DNA of 63,646 bases, filler included, from Chrysochromulina tobinii (taxonomy: Eukaryota), in assembly GCA_001275005.1 (NCBI GenBank). It is 8 parts of 8 records of this genome, joined end to end, with 100 filler letters (N's around TTAATTAATTAA, not from the genome) between each part and the next. Parts side by side here need not be neighbours in the genome. Positions count along the whole stretch, not along the records: positions 22,890 to 31,966 come from JWZX01000646.1; positions 32,067 to 35,140 come from JWZX01000647.1; positions 35,241 to 43,970 come from JWZX01000648.1; 5 more parts are not named here. The stretch is one strand, 5' to 3'. The position numbers were made by a program, and so were the translations under genes. The notes under the pieces are model-generated. The model searched no databases. It had not been told where the DNA came from and saw nothing but the letters and a program-made list of their open reading frames with translations. This document shows positions 22,944 through 36,009 of the stretch, piece by piece. Numbering within the stretch: position 1 is the first letter of the stretch; the number at the start of each line of letters is the position of its first letter.

Positions 22944-25900
22944 GTACACGGCCAAGCTCAAGCAGCGGCACGATGCCGCTCGGGCGCAGCATGAGTCACT
23001 CAGGCAACTCAACGAGCTGCTCGACGACGGCTTGATCACGCCAGAGCTATTTGAGCTCAAGCGGCAGGAGGTGCTCTCGCGCGGTACCGGCGCGGCACCG
23101 GCGCAACACCATCTCGCGCTCCAACAGGGGCCGCGCAGCTCGATGGTCGTTGACGACACTGTCCATGACGTGGTCGGTGCGTTCACTGAGGCGAACGCGA
23201 CACATGGGCCGAGCGCCCCCGCGAGATCTGTTCAGACGATCCAAGCTAAGTTGCTCGGGCAGACCAACGACGACATCGAAGGCGACTTGTTCGAGCTCGA
23301 GGTGCCGCCGAAGGTAAAGCCAGGCATGAAGCTCAGGTTCTCCATTCCTGGCACGGAGGAGACAGTGATGATCCTCGTGCCCGAGGGCGCCGAGCCTGGC
23401 CACACGATCACGTTCACGATGCCCACGAGCATCCACGACTTGGCCCGGGCCAAGCTGCTCGAGCACGAAGGCCATTCGGCTCGGACGATCCAGAAGCTGG
23501 CGCGCGGCAGGCAAGCCCGTCTGGTGCTCAATGGCCAGCGGTTGCGCCAGTCGAAGGCAGTAGTGGCGCCAGAGCCGCCCGAGCCGCCCGCGGCGCCAGA
23601 GCCACCAGAACCGCCCAGGCGCTCTCAGAGGGTTCCAACGGTGCACATGAAGGAAGAAGCCCCCGCCCTCCGAAGCTTTCGTTCGATGAGCGCTCCAAAA
23701 GCTGCTGCACTCCCGCTCACGCTCCCTGGAGCGGTCCCGGAGGAAGAAGTGGCCATTCCCGCTACGCCCGCGTCCCCTAAATCATCGAGACCGAGCGCGA
23801 ATTCTGAGTCGTTCATCAACCTGATGCGCGACCATATCAAGGCAGGCCAGAGCGCCCAGGTGCCCAAGCCACCGAGCTCCGAATCATTCCGATCACTCCT
23901 CAGGGAGCATCGGCTCAATCCCGACGACCCGGAGCTGTACCGCCGTATGCACCACGCCGCCGTCGTCTCGGTGCAAGGGGAGGGGCGGCGGCTCCTCTGT
24001 CGCCGCGCGGCACACAACGCGTGGCAGCGCCTCAGCTCAGCAGTGCCGGCGCAGAAAACGTCGTTTACAAAAGCATCATCATCATCGAGTGCATCAGACC
24101 TCACCAGCCGTCGCTCGTTTCAACGCCCACCCACGAGCGACTCCGATCAAGTGCCTATGGCCTTCGGCATGTGCATGGGCATGCTCGGCACCATGGGGTC
24201 TGCGCCGCCCCTGAAGCGTGCCGCTTCGGTGGAGCTCAGCCGGGCTGGTTCCGAGGAGCTAAAGGCGATCTCGGAGGCGATCTCGGAGGAACCTCCCGAG
24301 GAGCTCAAGACGATCATCGACAAGACCGCCACCTTTGTCGCGCGCAACGGCCCCGACTTTGAGATGCGCATCAAGAACGAGCAAGATCACGCCAAGTTCT
24401 CCTTCTTGCACGCCAACGACCCATTCCACTCATACTACCGCTCCAAGCTTGCCGAGTTCAGTGGCGAGACAAGGGCGCCGAGATCACCAGCGAGATTGCC
24501 AGCGAGATTGCCAAGATCGCCGCCCGGCGCGCCCGTGCCGCTCGGCGCCTTTCTCGTCGCCCATGTTGCCCAAGATGGCGCCTCGCCACCGGCTTCAGTG
24601 GCTCTTGTGATGCCTACGGCTCCTGTGATGCCTACGGCTCTTGTGATGCCCGAAGCAGAGACGCCCCAACGAGCCGAGCAGGAGGCGATGGCCGCCGCCG
24701 CCGCCGAAGTCGCGGCGGCCAGGGCGGAGGCGGCGGCCAAGAAGGAGAGAGTAGTGGCCTTGGCGGCCGAGCTCAGGGCAAACATGGAGGAGGCGGCCAA
24801 AGTTCAATTGGAGGAGGAGGTGGCCAAAGCTGCAGCGGCTCTCGAAGTGGCCAAGGTGGAGGCGGCAGCCAAGGCGGCGGCTGTAGCCGCAGCCAAGGCG
24901 GCGGCGTTCGAAGCTGCGGCGGCGGCTGTAGCTGCAGCTCGCGCGGCGCTCGAAGCAAGCTCGCCGAAGCCAGAGCCTGTGCCAGCTCCGACCGCGCCCG
25001 AAGCCCCATCGTTGTCGCCACAATTCGGGGGCCGGGGCTTTACTCTCTACAGGACTTCTGCTGACTCGCCAGGCCAAGGCAGCAGCAGCCACCTCCAGGC
25101 TGACGAGTCTCCAATTCAAGCCGCAGCAGCGCCACCCGAGCCGCCGAAGCGCACCGCAAGGGTCCAACCCAAATTAGGGACCATCAGGGTCCAGCCCACT
25201 CACATGGAGGCGGAACAAGAAGGGTCTCATCGAAGCAATTTCACCAGCCTGAAGGTCCCGAAGCACGTGCTGGTGGCCCAGGTGGTTCCGGACGAGGAGA
25301 TTGAGGAGATCTCTGGAAGCGGAGCGAGCTCGAAGGAGATCGAGGAGATCGCTGGAAGCGGAGCGAGCTCGAAGCCCCCTCAGAGCAGTGAAGAGGAGCT
25401 CCTCGAGCAAGTGAGGACTGCGATGACTGAGCGGCGCAAGCAGCAGAACTACTGGCGTGAGCGTGCGCGAAACGCCGAGAAGGTGCTTCGCGATCTCGGA
25501 ATCGAGGTCAATGTACAGGAGCTGGACGATGAGCCACCCAGTCGCCCCTCTTCCTCACTGCATCCCCCTGCCGCCTATGACACCGTCTGCGCCTCCCGAA
25601 TCGGCGGCAGCGGTAGCTCCCGAGCCTCCGAAGCGTAGAGACCCTACCCCGAAGCCCCCTCCCTCTACCGAGTTCCCCATGCCACCTATTGCACCGCCTG
25701 CACCGCCTACACCGCCTACACCGCCTGAAGGTGCGCCAGCGTCGGTGGCTCCGGAGCCACCAAAGCGAACTCCTAAGCCAAAGGTTCAATTGCCAGCAGG
25801 TCGGCCGCCTCAACCACCGCCACCACCGCCGCCACCGCCGCCGCCTCCTCCTCCTCTTCCTCCGCCGGTGTTGCCGGTGTTGCCGGAGGTGCCGGAGGTG

Positions 25901-26494
25901 CCGGTGGTGCCCGAAGACGAAATCCCGCTTCGAAGCGCTCGTGATGGCGCTCGACCGATGACTCCGCCTTCCCGACCCGGATCTGGGCCATCGCTGCTTC
26001 AGAAGACGGACCTCATCAAGCGTAAGCTGGGCCTCAGTGGCAACGTGCCGGCTGTCGCCACTACTGCGGCCCAGCAACTGGGCGTCGACGCGACCGCCAA
26101 GACCACGGCAGCAGTCATCAACGAGTGCTACCAGCAAATCCTTTCGGCCAAAGCCATTCCGCAGGCAGGCGAGGGAGCGCCTCGACAGCCAGCCTCGACG
26201 TCGACTCGCCATCGGAGAGACAGAGGCGTTTCTGAGGAGACCGAGGAGACCGAGGCTCCCGAGGTGTCCCTGGGGGGTCATACTCTGAGTTTGGAGAGGA
26301 TCAAGCTTCGGCAAGACTCAAGCTCATCTCCGGCTTCGGAGGCGATCAGCGCGCAGATGAGGTACCTCCAGGCGAGCGAGAAGTCGATCTCGGAAGATCT
26401 AGAATCTTCGCTCGAATCGCCGCCCGCGTCGTCAGCCCCGAAGACCGGCCTTGACGCGGAACAGTCAAGGTTCATGTACATGCTGCGGGTTTAG
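22944..26494 (+). CDS. Large Pro/Ala-rich protein with SHOCT-like, IQ and SURP/SWAP motifs (5'-partial; two overlapping ORFs 23032-25638 and 25457-26494)
   Basis: LRQLNELLDDGLITPELFELKRQEVL; TIQKLARGRQAR; PEELKTIIDKTATFVARNGPDFEMRI..FSFLHANDPFHSYYRSKL. Confidence 0.65.
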
Positions 26495-26853
26495 CATTTA
26501 ACTGCGATGGACGGTTGCGGATTCAGACGAACCATAGTCGATCCAGGGCGAGCGTCAGACGCGGCGCGCGTCGGCGCTGGTGCACGCGCAGCTTCCGGCA
26601 CCGAGCAGCCGCGAACAGACCGATGGACTTTGATGGAGCATGTCAAGTGAGGTTGACTCTTGAGCGACTTTTGAGTTGAGTGAGGGGAGGCTGATGCGGC
26701 ATACGTGCTTTGTTGTTTTCTTCCGAGGTCCGCGTTTAAGGCTTGTAACGACGTAACGAAACTTGTAAGTTTCAAGTTTGGTTGGGCTGCATCTCGGTGC
26801 AACCCTGCGTTCAGCGTGCACGTTCAGCGCTGCAGCTCGGGCGCCACTCCCCA

Positions 26854-29800
26854 ATGCCGGGCTGCTGTTCAGTTTGCTGCACGCTCCTACGCCGCAAGGA
26901 GGCGCTCCTCAAGGCGAATCGCTGCTGCTCGAGCGTCTTCGAGATCCTGATCCCCATCTTCCTCAGCGCCATCGTGCTGGTCGGCGCCCTCGTCTCTGAG
27001 ATCGAAATGTTCCCGACCGAGCTGTTTGTGCCCGATAACTCAACGATCGCATTTCGGGATCTTCAGGGGCTACTTCCTGACATGACCTTCAATAGCTTCA
27101 CGAGCTTCGCGAGCTTGCCAACCTTTGTGCCGCCGCTTCCTCTCTTTCTCGCGTACAATGCCATGTTCACCTCTGCATTCCCCAAGCCCACCGAGTGGGT
27201 CGATGGTTTCAATCCATACGACGGCTCGTACTTGGCGGTGGCTCCGGACACGCCGGAGGTGCGCGCCTTTGTTCAGAGCGTCGTGAGCCCCGCGCCGCGT
27301 GGGTGGATGATCGACCCGACGAATATGGTTGGCGCTTCGGTCCACGCCTCGCTCAAACACGTCAGCATGATCACCAACAGGGACTTCAACATTTCCAACT
27401 TTGGCCATCAGCCGCTTGAGGTGCGCTACCTGCCGAGCGACGAGGCGCTTGAGGTCCTTGCGCGTGCACGGGGGGCCATCTGGGCGGGCCTCGTCTTCAC
27501 CAGCATCCCGGTCGACGGCGTCGGCACCTGGGAATACAAGCTGCGGTACAACGCCTCTTTGCTTCCGCAAGCCAACAGCAGGTTTGATAGGTTCCCGGGA
27601 CAGGGTACGAGCAGCGCGCTCTCGAAGCAGTTTTTCCAATACTACCGCAGCGGCTTCCTCTCACTGCAGGCCGCGATCAACGAGCGCATCCTCCTCATCA
27701 ACACGCGCGTCAACTCGACCATATCGGCGGTCGAAGATGACGTGCTGCCGTATGGCATGCCCTTCCCCGTGCTGGAGAACAAGCTCAACAGCTTCTTCGC
27801 GTTCGCGGGCAACTTGGTCGGCCTCGTGTGCGTCCTCGCTTACCTGATTCCAGTCTCGACCACTTTGCGCACGCTCGTCCTCGAAAAGGAATCGAAGCTG
27901 CGCGAGCAGCTGCTCATGATGGGCGTCACCCTGCCCGCCTACTACGGCTCCGTGCTCACGACGTTTGGCGCGTCCTTCGCCATCATCGCGGCCATCAGCG
28001 GCGTGATCATCTCGATCGGTTGCTTCACGCACTCCTCGCCTGGCATCGTGGCCATCCTCTTCATCCTGTTTGCACTCGCGTCGCTTGCGTTCACCCTCGC
28101 TATCTCGTCGCTCTTCCGCAACTCGCGCGTCGCGGCGCTCGCGGGGCCTCTCATCTTCTTCCTCACCGCGCAGTTCTACAACGTCTTCCTCGAGCGTGGT
28201 GAGCTGCAGGAGGGGATGAATGGCGCCAAGGCGCTCACCTCGCTCTTCCCCGCCATGGGCTTCTATCTGGGCGCCTCTCTCATGGCCAAGTACGAGGGCA
28301 CCCAAATCGGGATCACAGCCTCGAACTTTGCCACGGCAGGCGGCGGCTTCTCCGTCGCGAACTCGATCGCGATCCTCTTCTTCGACATCTGGCTCTGGCT
28401 CTTCATCGCGTGGTACCTCGACCAGGTCATGCCCTCCGACTACGGCCTCCAGCAACGCCCGTGGTTCCTTTGCTCGCCCTCCTACTGGTGCGGAGACAAG
28501 AACGAGCCACTTGCTCTGCGCGCTCTCATCGCCAACGATGCGAACCGGCCGCTCGCCGTCGAGCCGATAGATGAGCCGATGGGCGCGAGGGGCGTGGTAG
28601 TGCAGGGACTTCGGAAGGTGTGGCCGCCGCGCCGCGTCGCTGTCGAGTCGTTGGATATGGAGATGCGATCTGGGCAGATTACGTCCCTCCTTGGCGCCAA
28701 CGGCGCGGGCAAGACCACGACGATCTCGATGCTGACTGGCCTGATGCCGCCAACGTCGGGCAACGCGACGATTGACGGCCTGAGCATCACGTCGCACATG
28801 GCCACGATCCGCTACTCGCTCGGCGTCTGCCCGCAGCAAAATGTCCTCTTCGACCAGCTGACCCCTGTGCAGCACCTGAGCCTCTACGGTGCCATCAAGG
28901 GGCTCGAGGGCGCGGCTCTGCGGGAGACGATCGACCTTCTGATCAGCAAGGTGATGCTGAGCGAACGCAAGGACGTACAGGCCAGAAATCTGTCGGGCGG
29001 CCAGAAGCGCAAGCTGTGCCTTGCAATCTCGCTCATCGGCGGCGCGAAGACGATCTTCCTCGATGAGCCGACGAGCGGCATGGACCCGCACTCGCGACGC
29101 TCGATCTGGGCGCTGCTGCGCGAGCAGCGCGAGGGACGTACGATCGTGCTCACGACGCACTTCCTCGACGAAGCCGAGATCCTCTCCGATCGCATCGCCA
29201 TCATGGCCGAGGGCAAGCTCAAGTGCGTCGGCTCCCCCTTATTCCTCAAGGAGCACCTGGGCACCGGCTACGCTCTTACCATCACCAAGACGATGGTCGC
29301 TGCCTCGGCCAAGTTTGATAAAGAGATGTTGCTCACGTTTGTGAAGAAGCACGTGCCGCTTGCGACGCTCCAAAGCGAGACGAAGCGCGAGGCGAGCGTG
29401 CGCCTGCCGGGCGACAAGCTCTCGATGTTCCAATCGCTCTTCGAGGAGCTCGACAAAAACTTCCGCCAGCTGGGCATCGATGACTATGGCGCCACGTGCA
29501 CCACCCTCGAGGACGTCTTCCTCAAGATCAACGAGAATGCGCTCCAGCGGCTCGAGGACCAAAAGGAATCGCACAACGATGCGAATCTCCAAAAGGCGCA
29601 CAACGATGCTCGGCTCGAGATCCCACCTCCCAAAGGCGAGCTGATGAAGGGCGCCAAGTCGTCTCCGGACAGCCGCGCGGCACCCCAGGTTTTGGCCCCT
29701 ATGTCCCAGACTGGGGCCACCATGCACGTGTACAGCGGCCTCGTCGCTAAGCGCCGGATCGCCGCGCGCCGTGACTGCTACACGACGTGCTGCATGATCT

Positions 29801-31966
29801 GCTTCCCCGTGTCGCTCGTCATCGGCGCGCTCGCGCTGCTGGGCGTCGCGGGCAGGATCACCGCCATCCCCGACCCAGTTGCCCTGCTCCCCGACCCGCT
29901 CTTCCCGAACGGCTTTGGCGGAGACATCCCGCGGCCGGTGCCGCTCACCGTGCCCAAGGGCAACCTCGCCGAGACTCTGCTTCCACAGCTGGCCGAGGGC
30001 GTCTGCCGGAAGAAAGGTTGCGGATGGATGGGCCTCCAATATCGTGCCAACTCGACTCGGAACGGATTCCTTGAGGTGACGCAGGAGATGGAGGCCTATG
30101 TGCTCGCAAACCCGAGCGAGGCGCGGCCGGCGGCGATGGCATGGAGCCCCGGCGTGCGCATCCCCCCTGCGCCCACTTCCTATAAGGACGTGGGGCCGTA
30201 TTGCGGCGACGCGTATTGCGCCTCCCTCAGTTCCGGCGACGCATATTGCGCCTCCCTCAGCACGCCGGGCCCGTGCCCAGCGACTAGCAACAGCAGCGTG
30301 AGTGTCGTGACTCTTATGCACAACGCAACCAACTGGCACTCGATGCCGATCCTGATCAATACGCTCTACGACGCGCTGCTCCTGCAAGCGACGGGCGGCG
30401 CGAGCACGATCACGGGGTACACCCAGGACCTGCCGCTCGATGACGCGAGCAAGGCGTACATCGACTCGTTCATCGCCGTCTTTGCCGCCATCCTCATCAT
30501 GGTGCCATATTCCTTTGTGGGGGCGACGTTTGTGACGCCCCTCGTCCGTGAGAAGGAATCGGGCTCGAAGGAGATGCAGTTCATCTGCGGCGTTGGCACG
30601 GTGACCTACTGGTTCGCATCATGGACGTGGGACCTGTGCATGTATCTGATCATCGAGCTCGCATCCTTCATCGTCTTCATCATCTTCAATCGCGAGGAGT
30701 TCATCGGCACACCCGAGGCGTTCTGGGGCACCATCTTGATCCTCCTGGGCTTTGGCTGGTCGGTGCTCGGGCTGTCGTCGATGGTCTCCTTCTACTTCAA
30801 GACGCCCTCGAATGCGCTGATCGTGATGATCGCCTTCCACTTTCTGACCGGCTTCGGCATGGTCGTGGCCGACTTTATCCTAGCGAACATCGAATCGACC
30901 AAGGAGATCATCAAAGGCCTGCGCCACTTTTTCCGCATCTTCCCGGCCTATTGTCTCGGCCAAGGGTTCGTGACGCTCGCGACCCGCAAGTCGACCAAAG
31001 CGATCAGCGCCCTCATCCCGGGGCTTCCTTCGATTCCAACGCCTGGGCTGTATGAATGGGACCAGCTTGGCGCGATCATCTTTTACCTCTTCGTCACCGG
31101 CCTCATCTTTGGCCTGGCGACCCTCGGGTTCCAGTACGGCAGCTCGTACGTCGCCCTGCGCCAGCGCATGTCCGTTTCGGGAGGGCTCGCCGCCGCGACG
31201 GGTTCCACAAGCACCACCGAGCAGAGCGCCCTCGAGGATGATTCGGTCATCGAGGAGCGCCGGCGTGTGGACGCCGGCGACACGAAGGACTCGATGCTCG
31301 TGCTCAGCCACATGCGCAAGGTCTTCACGGGCGTCTCCGTCAACCGGAAGACGACCCAAAAGATCGCTGTGCGCGACCTCTCGCTGCGCATCGACGCGGG
31401 AGAGTGCTTCGGCTTCCTCGGCGTCAACGGCGCCGGCAAGTCGACAACCTTCTCGATGCTCACGGGCACGCTCGTGCCGACCTCGGGCGATGCGACTCTC
31501 AACGGCATGTCGATCCTGTCCGAGCAAGAGAAGATCCGCCGGCTCGTGGGCTACTGCTCGCAGCACGATACGCTCGAGCACCTGCTCACCGCGCGCGAGA
31601 CGCTCCGCATGTACGCAAGGATCAAGAAGGTAGATCCCGCCATCATTGAGTTCGAGGTCGACCAGCTCATCAAGGATCTCGATCTCGGCAAGTTTGCGGA
31701 CAAGCCCGCGGGCACGTACTCGGGCGGCAACAAGCGCAAGCTCTGCGTCGGCATCTCGTTGATTGGCAACCCGCAGCTCGTGCTGCTCGACGAGCCTTCG
31801 TCGGGCATGGACGCGGCGTCCAAGCGCTTCCTGTGGACACTGATCAAGCGGCGCACGGCGCAGGTCTGCACAGTCCTAACGACCCATTCGATGGAGGAGT
31901 GTGAGGCGCTCTGCGGCCGCATCGGCGTGATGGTCGACGGCACCCTCCGCTGCCTCGGCCCCATTC
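26854..31966 (+). CDS. ABC transporter subfamily A (full transporter), 3'-truncated by gap, intronless
   Basis: Two TMD-NBD halves: LGANGAGKTTT/LSGGQKRKL/LDEPTSGMD and LGVNGAGKSTT/YSGGNKRKL/LDEPSSGMD; EKESKLRE, TTLEDVFL. Confidence 0.96.
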
Positions 31967-32086
31967 NNNNNNNNNNNNNNNNNNNNNNNNNNNNNNNNNN
32001 NNNNNNNNNNTTAATTAATTAANNNNNNNNNNNNNNNNNNNNNNNNNNNNNNNNNNNNNNNNNNNNTCGCCACCGCCACCTTCTCC

Positions 32087-35000
32087 GCCACCTCCATCGC
32101 ACCCTCCATCGCCACCGCCGCCCTCGCCGCCGCCGCCCCCGCCTCCGCCGCCCACAAGCTATTCTGCCCTGCTGGCGCTCGGGACCTACCACACGTGCGC
32201 GTACCTGACAAACGGCGCGCTCCTCAAGTGCTGGGGCGCCAACGGCAACGGCCAGCTTGGCGATAATACGACGACCCAACGCGCCACCCCGACCACGATC
32301 GACGTCGGCGGCGCCGTCGGGCTGCTGGCGCTCGGAGGCTCCTGCACGTGCGCGTACGTGACGAGCAGCGCGCTCCCTCAAGTGCTGGGGCTACAACGGC
32401 AACGGCCAGCTCGGCGACGGCACGACGACCCCACGCGCCACCCCGACCACGATCAACGTCGGCGGCGCCGTCGGGTTGCTGGCGTTCGGAGGCCCCCACA
32501 CGTGCGCGTACTTGACGAACAGCACGCTCCTCAAGTGCTGGGGCTCCAACTGGGCCGGCCAGCTCGGCGACGGCACGACGACCCAACGCGCCACCCCGAC
32601 CACGATGGACGTCGGCGGCGCCGTCGGGCTGCTGGCGCTCGGATACTCCCACACGTGCGCGTACCTGACGGCCAGCGCGCTCCTCAAGTGCTGGGGCTAC
32701 AACTACAACGGCCAGCTCGGTGACGGCACGACGACCCATCGCGCCACCCCGACCACGATCGACGTCGGCGGCGCCGTCGGGCTGCTGGCGCTCGGAGACC
32801 ACCACACGTGCGCGTACCTGACGAACAGCACGCTCCTCAAGTGCTGGGGCTACAACATCTACGGCCAGCTCGGCGACGGCACGACGACCCAACGCGCCAC
32901 CCCGACCACGATCGACGTCGGCGGCGCCGTCGGGCTGCTGGCGCTCGGAGGCTCCCACACGTGCGCGTACGTGACGAACAGCACGCTCCTCAAGTGCTGG
33001 GGCGCCAACTACTTCGGCCAGCTCGGCGACGGCACGACGACCCAACGCGCCACCCCGACCACAATCAACTTCTGGGGCACCGTTGGGCTGCTGGCGCTCG
33101 GAGGCTCCCACACGTGCGCGTATGTGACGAACAGCACGCTCCCCAAGTGCTGGGGCTACAACTACTACGGCCAGCTCGGCGACAACACGACGACCAATCG
33201 CGTCAGCCCCTTTTCGCCGCCTGCTCTATGCGGCACCCTCTCGGCAGACACGTTCCTCGTCGCGGGGGGTCAAGTCTACGTTCTCACGTGCCAGGTGTTC
33301 GTGCCCTCGGGCGTCGTACTGCGTATCGCGCAGGGCGTCACCATTTACGCCTCGCCGGTGGCTGCCGGTGGCGGCGGCGCGCCCGCCCTGATCGTCGAGA
33401 AGGGCGGCTCTCTGCTCGCCGAGGGCTCTGCGACTGCGCCGATCACATTCACTGCCTTCAACCCCACCGAGTCATCGTCCTCGTCGTCGGTGTCGACCGA
33501 CCCTACCGTGCTCGAGACGCGCGGCAAGTGGGGCGGGCTCATCCTGCTCGGCAGCGCGCCGACCAACGTGGCGACCACCACGATCATCGAGGGCATCACC
33601 GCGAAAACGTACGGCGGCACCAATCCGACCGACTCGTCGGGCTCCCTGCAGTACGTGCGCGTGTGGCACGGCGGCGCGGTCGTGGGCGCGAACAACGAGA
33701 TCAACGGCATCACCTTCGGCGGCGTCGGCTCCGGCACCATCGTCGACCACTGCGAGGTGGCGTACAACGTGGACGACGGGTTCGAGTTTTTCGGCGGCAC
33801 CGTGAACGTCAAGTACCTGTCGGCGCTCTTCGTGGGCGACGACGGCTTCGACACGGACCAGGGCTACATTGGCAAGGGCCAGTTCCTGATCGTCATCGAG
33901 GGCCTGAGTGGCGACCACTCGATGGAGATCGACTCGGGCATCGGCTCGAATCAGGACGTGACCCCGCGCTCGCACCCGGCCTTCTACTCGTTCACCTTGA
34001 TCGGCGGAGGCACCGGTACTGGCGCGCGCACGGGCGAGCTGATCCACGTCAACGACGGCACGGGTGGCAAGTTCGGCAACGGCATCCTGGCGTACCCGCA
34101 CTTGAACGGCCTCCTCTTCGAGGACTGCGGCTCGACGCTGAGCTACACGCAGACGCTGCCGGCGGCCTCGGTCAGCATTTCGAACCCCGGATACTTTTAC
34201 TTCTCGGCCAACAACATCATCGACACGGCGACGACTGCGTCGCAGTTCGCTCTGCTCGCCGGTGGCTCCGGCGTCGCCGCCTGCACGCCCGCGGACACGT
34301 GGACGGCGGTTCTTGGTGCCCCCGGCTTCGTTGCGGTCAGCGCCGCCACTGACCTCGCGGAGGGCTCCGCCACCTTCAACCCTCTGCCGTCCGCCACCGG
34401 CGCGGCGTGCACGGGCACCAAGGACGCACTCCCCAACAGCGACCCCTTCTTCTCGTCGGTGAGCTGCAAGGGCGCGTTCGGCTCCTCGACGGACAACTGG
34501 CTCGCCGGCTACTCGTGGCTCGCGTGCAGTGGCAAGATGGCTGGCGCCACGTGCCCGGGCGTACCGGCGACGTTGTTTGCTGCGCTTGGTTCCTCTGTGG
34601 TTGCGATTGGAGGGACCATCTCCAGCTCGTTGGCCCTCGTCTCTGGCACTTCGTACCTGCTCACGTCGCAGCTCTTCGTGCCCTCTGGAATGGCCCTGAA
34701 CATTGAGGCCGGAGTCATGGTGTACGCGCTTCCAGCCGCCTCGCCAACCAGTGCTCCGGCGATCGTGGTCTTGAAGGGTGGCAGGATCGTTGCGCCGGGC
34801 ACGGCGACCATGCCGATCACGTTCACGTCCGTGCTTGCGGAGTCGGCGCTCGTGAGCTCGGCCACCGCCTCCACGGACTCGAATGAGAACGCCATCACGC
34901 TCGGCGAGCGCGGCAAGTGGGGTGGCCTCATCCTGCTCGGCAAAGCGCCGACCAACATGCCGACCAGCACGCAGATCGAGGGCATCACCGGCTACACGTA

Positions 35001-35140
35001 CGGCGGCACCGACGCGACCGAGTCGTCGGGCACTTTGCAGTACGTGCGTGTATGGCACGGCGGCGCGATCGTGGGCGCGAACAACGAGATCAACGGCATC
35101 ACCTTCGGCGGCGTCGGCTCCGGCACGACGGTCGCGTACT
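32087..35140 (+). CDS. Surface protein fragment: SP-rich linker, seven RCC1-like repeats, tandem bacterial-type beta-helix domains; +1 frameshift at about 32376
   Basis: HTCAY..LKCWGxNxxGQLGDGTT repeats; GKWGGLILLG..YGG..SGSLQYVRV..NEINGITFGGVGSGT..DDGFEFFGGTV, with the first part repeated again before the gap. Confidence 0.85.
32165..33200 (+). repeat. 153-bp coding tandem repeats x7 (RCC1-like)
   Basis: caagtgctggggc recurs at about 153-bp spacing. Confidence 0.95.
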
Positions 35141-35240
35141 NNNNNNNNNNNNNNNNNNNNNNNNNNNNNNNNNNNNNNNNNNNNTTAATTAATTAANNNN
35201 NNNNNNNNNNNNNNNNNNNNNNNNNNNNNNNNNNNNNNNN

Positions 35241-35566
35241 CTCGGCCCGCGGGCGCGTCCGCTCGGCCCGCCGCCGCACCGCCGCCTGCTGGGCCCACGA
35301 CGAGCCTCACGCCCGAGCAGGCGATCGAGCGCATCCTGCAGATTGCGTACCGCACGCAGGTGCACGCGCCCGCGAGCACGCGGCTTGCGGACATGCTTGG
35401 GCTGCCCTCCGCCACGAGCCCCGAGTCCAACGCCTTCAAGGTGCCCTGGTCCAGGGTGTGCCTCATGATCCATCCCGACAAGTGCAAGCACCCGCGCGCC
35501 GAGGAGGCCATCAAGGCGCTCAATGGGCTGTACACGCAGGTCAAGAAGGACTTTCACTGGGCGTGA
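35241..35566 (+). CDS. 3' end of a protein with a C-terminal J-domain
   Basis: FKVPWSRVCLMIHPDKCKHPRAEEAIKALN carries the HPD motif. Confidence 0.7.
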
Positions 35567-36009
35567 GAGCGTGAGAACTCTTCCGGTCTGTGTGTTTGCA
35601 CACGTTTGCTTTGGCACTGAATTCGAAATCAAGTCGAGTCAGAAGTGTGAGCTCTACTAGAAATACTAGTCAATGGTGGGCGAATCCAGGAACCAAACAC
35701 CCTCATCCTATCGTATGTGGGCCGCGATAAGGCCGCGACATGGGCCGCGATTGGTCAAACACACGCATGAGAGCGGGCAGTAACAGTGCCGTAGCACCGG
35801 TTGTCGCGTCTGTCGTGTTCACGTTCACGCATGCTTCAAGCTCGCGAAGGGCCTCTCGCCCTACTACGCGCATTCGTTTCGGTGTGATTTATAACACGCA
35901 TGCAATCTCGATTGTTCTGAACGTCCAAGATGTGTTTTCCTAACTTCATGCGTCGTATGGCGTCCGTGTGAGATCGTCCCGCCTGCATCATCGTCCCGCC
36001 TGCATCATC

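Noticed and set aside
27661..31581. Long antisense and alternate-frame ORFs (e.g. 27661-29160, 29239-30387, also 33472-35058)
   Set aside because: Shadow ORFs expected from high GC3 opposite well-supported genes.
32165..33200. Diversity-generating retroelement as the source of repeat variation
   Set aside because: No reverse transcriptase or non-coding template repeat is visible, and changes are not restricted to adenines.
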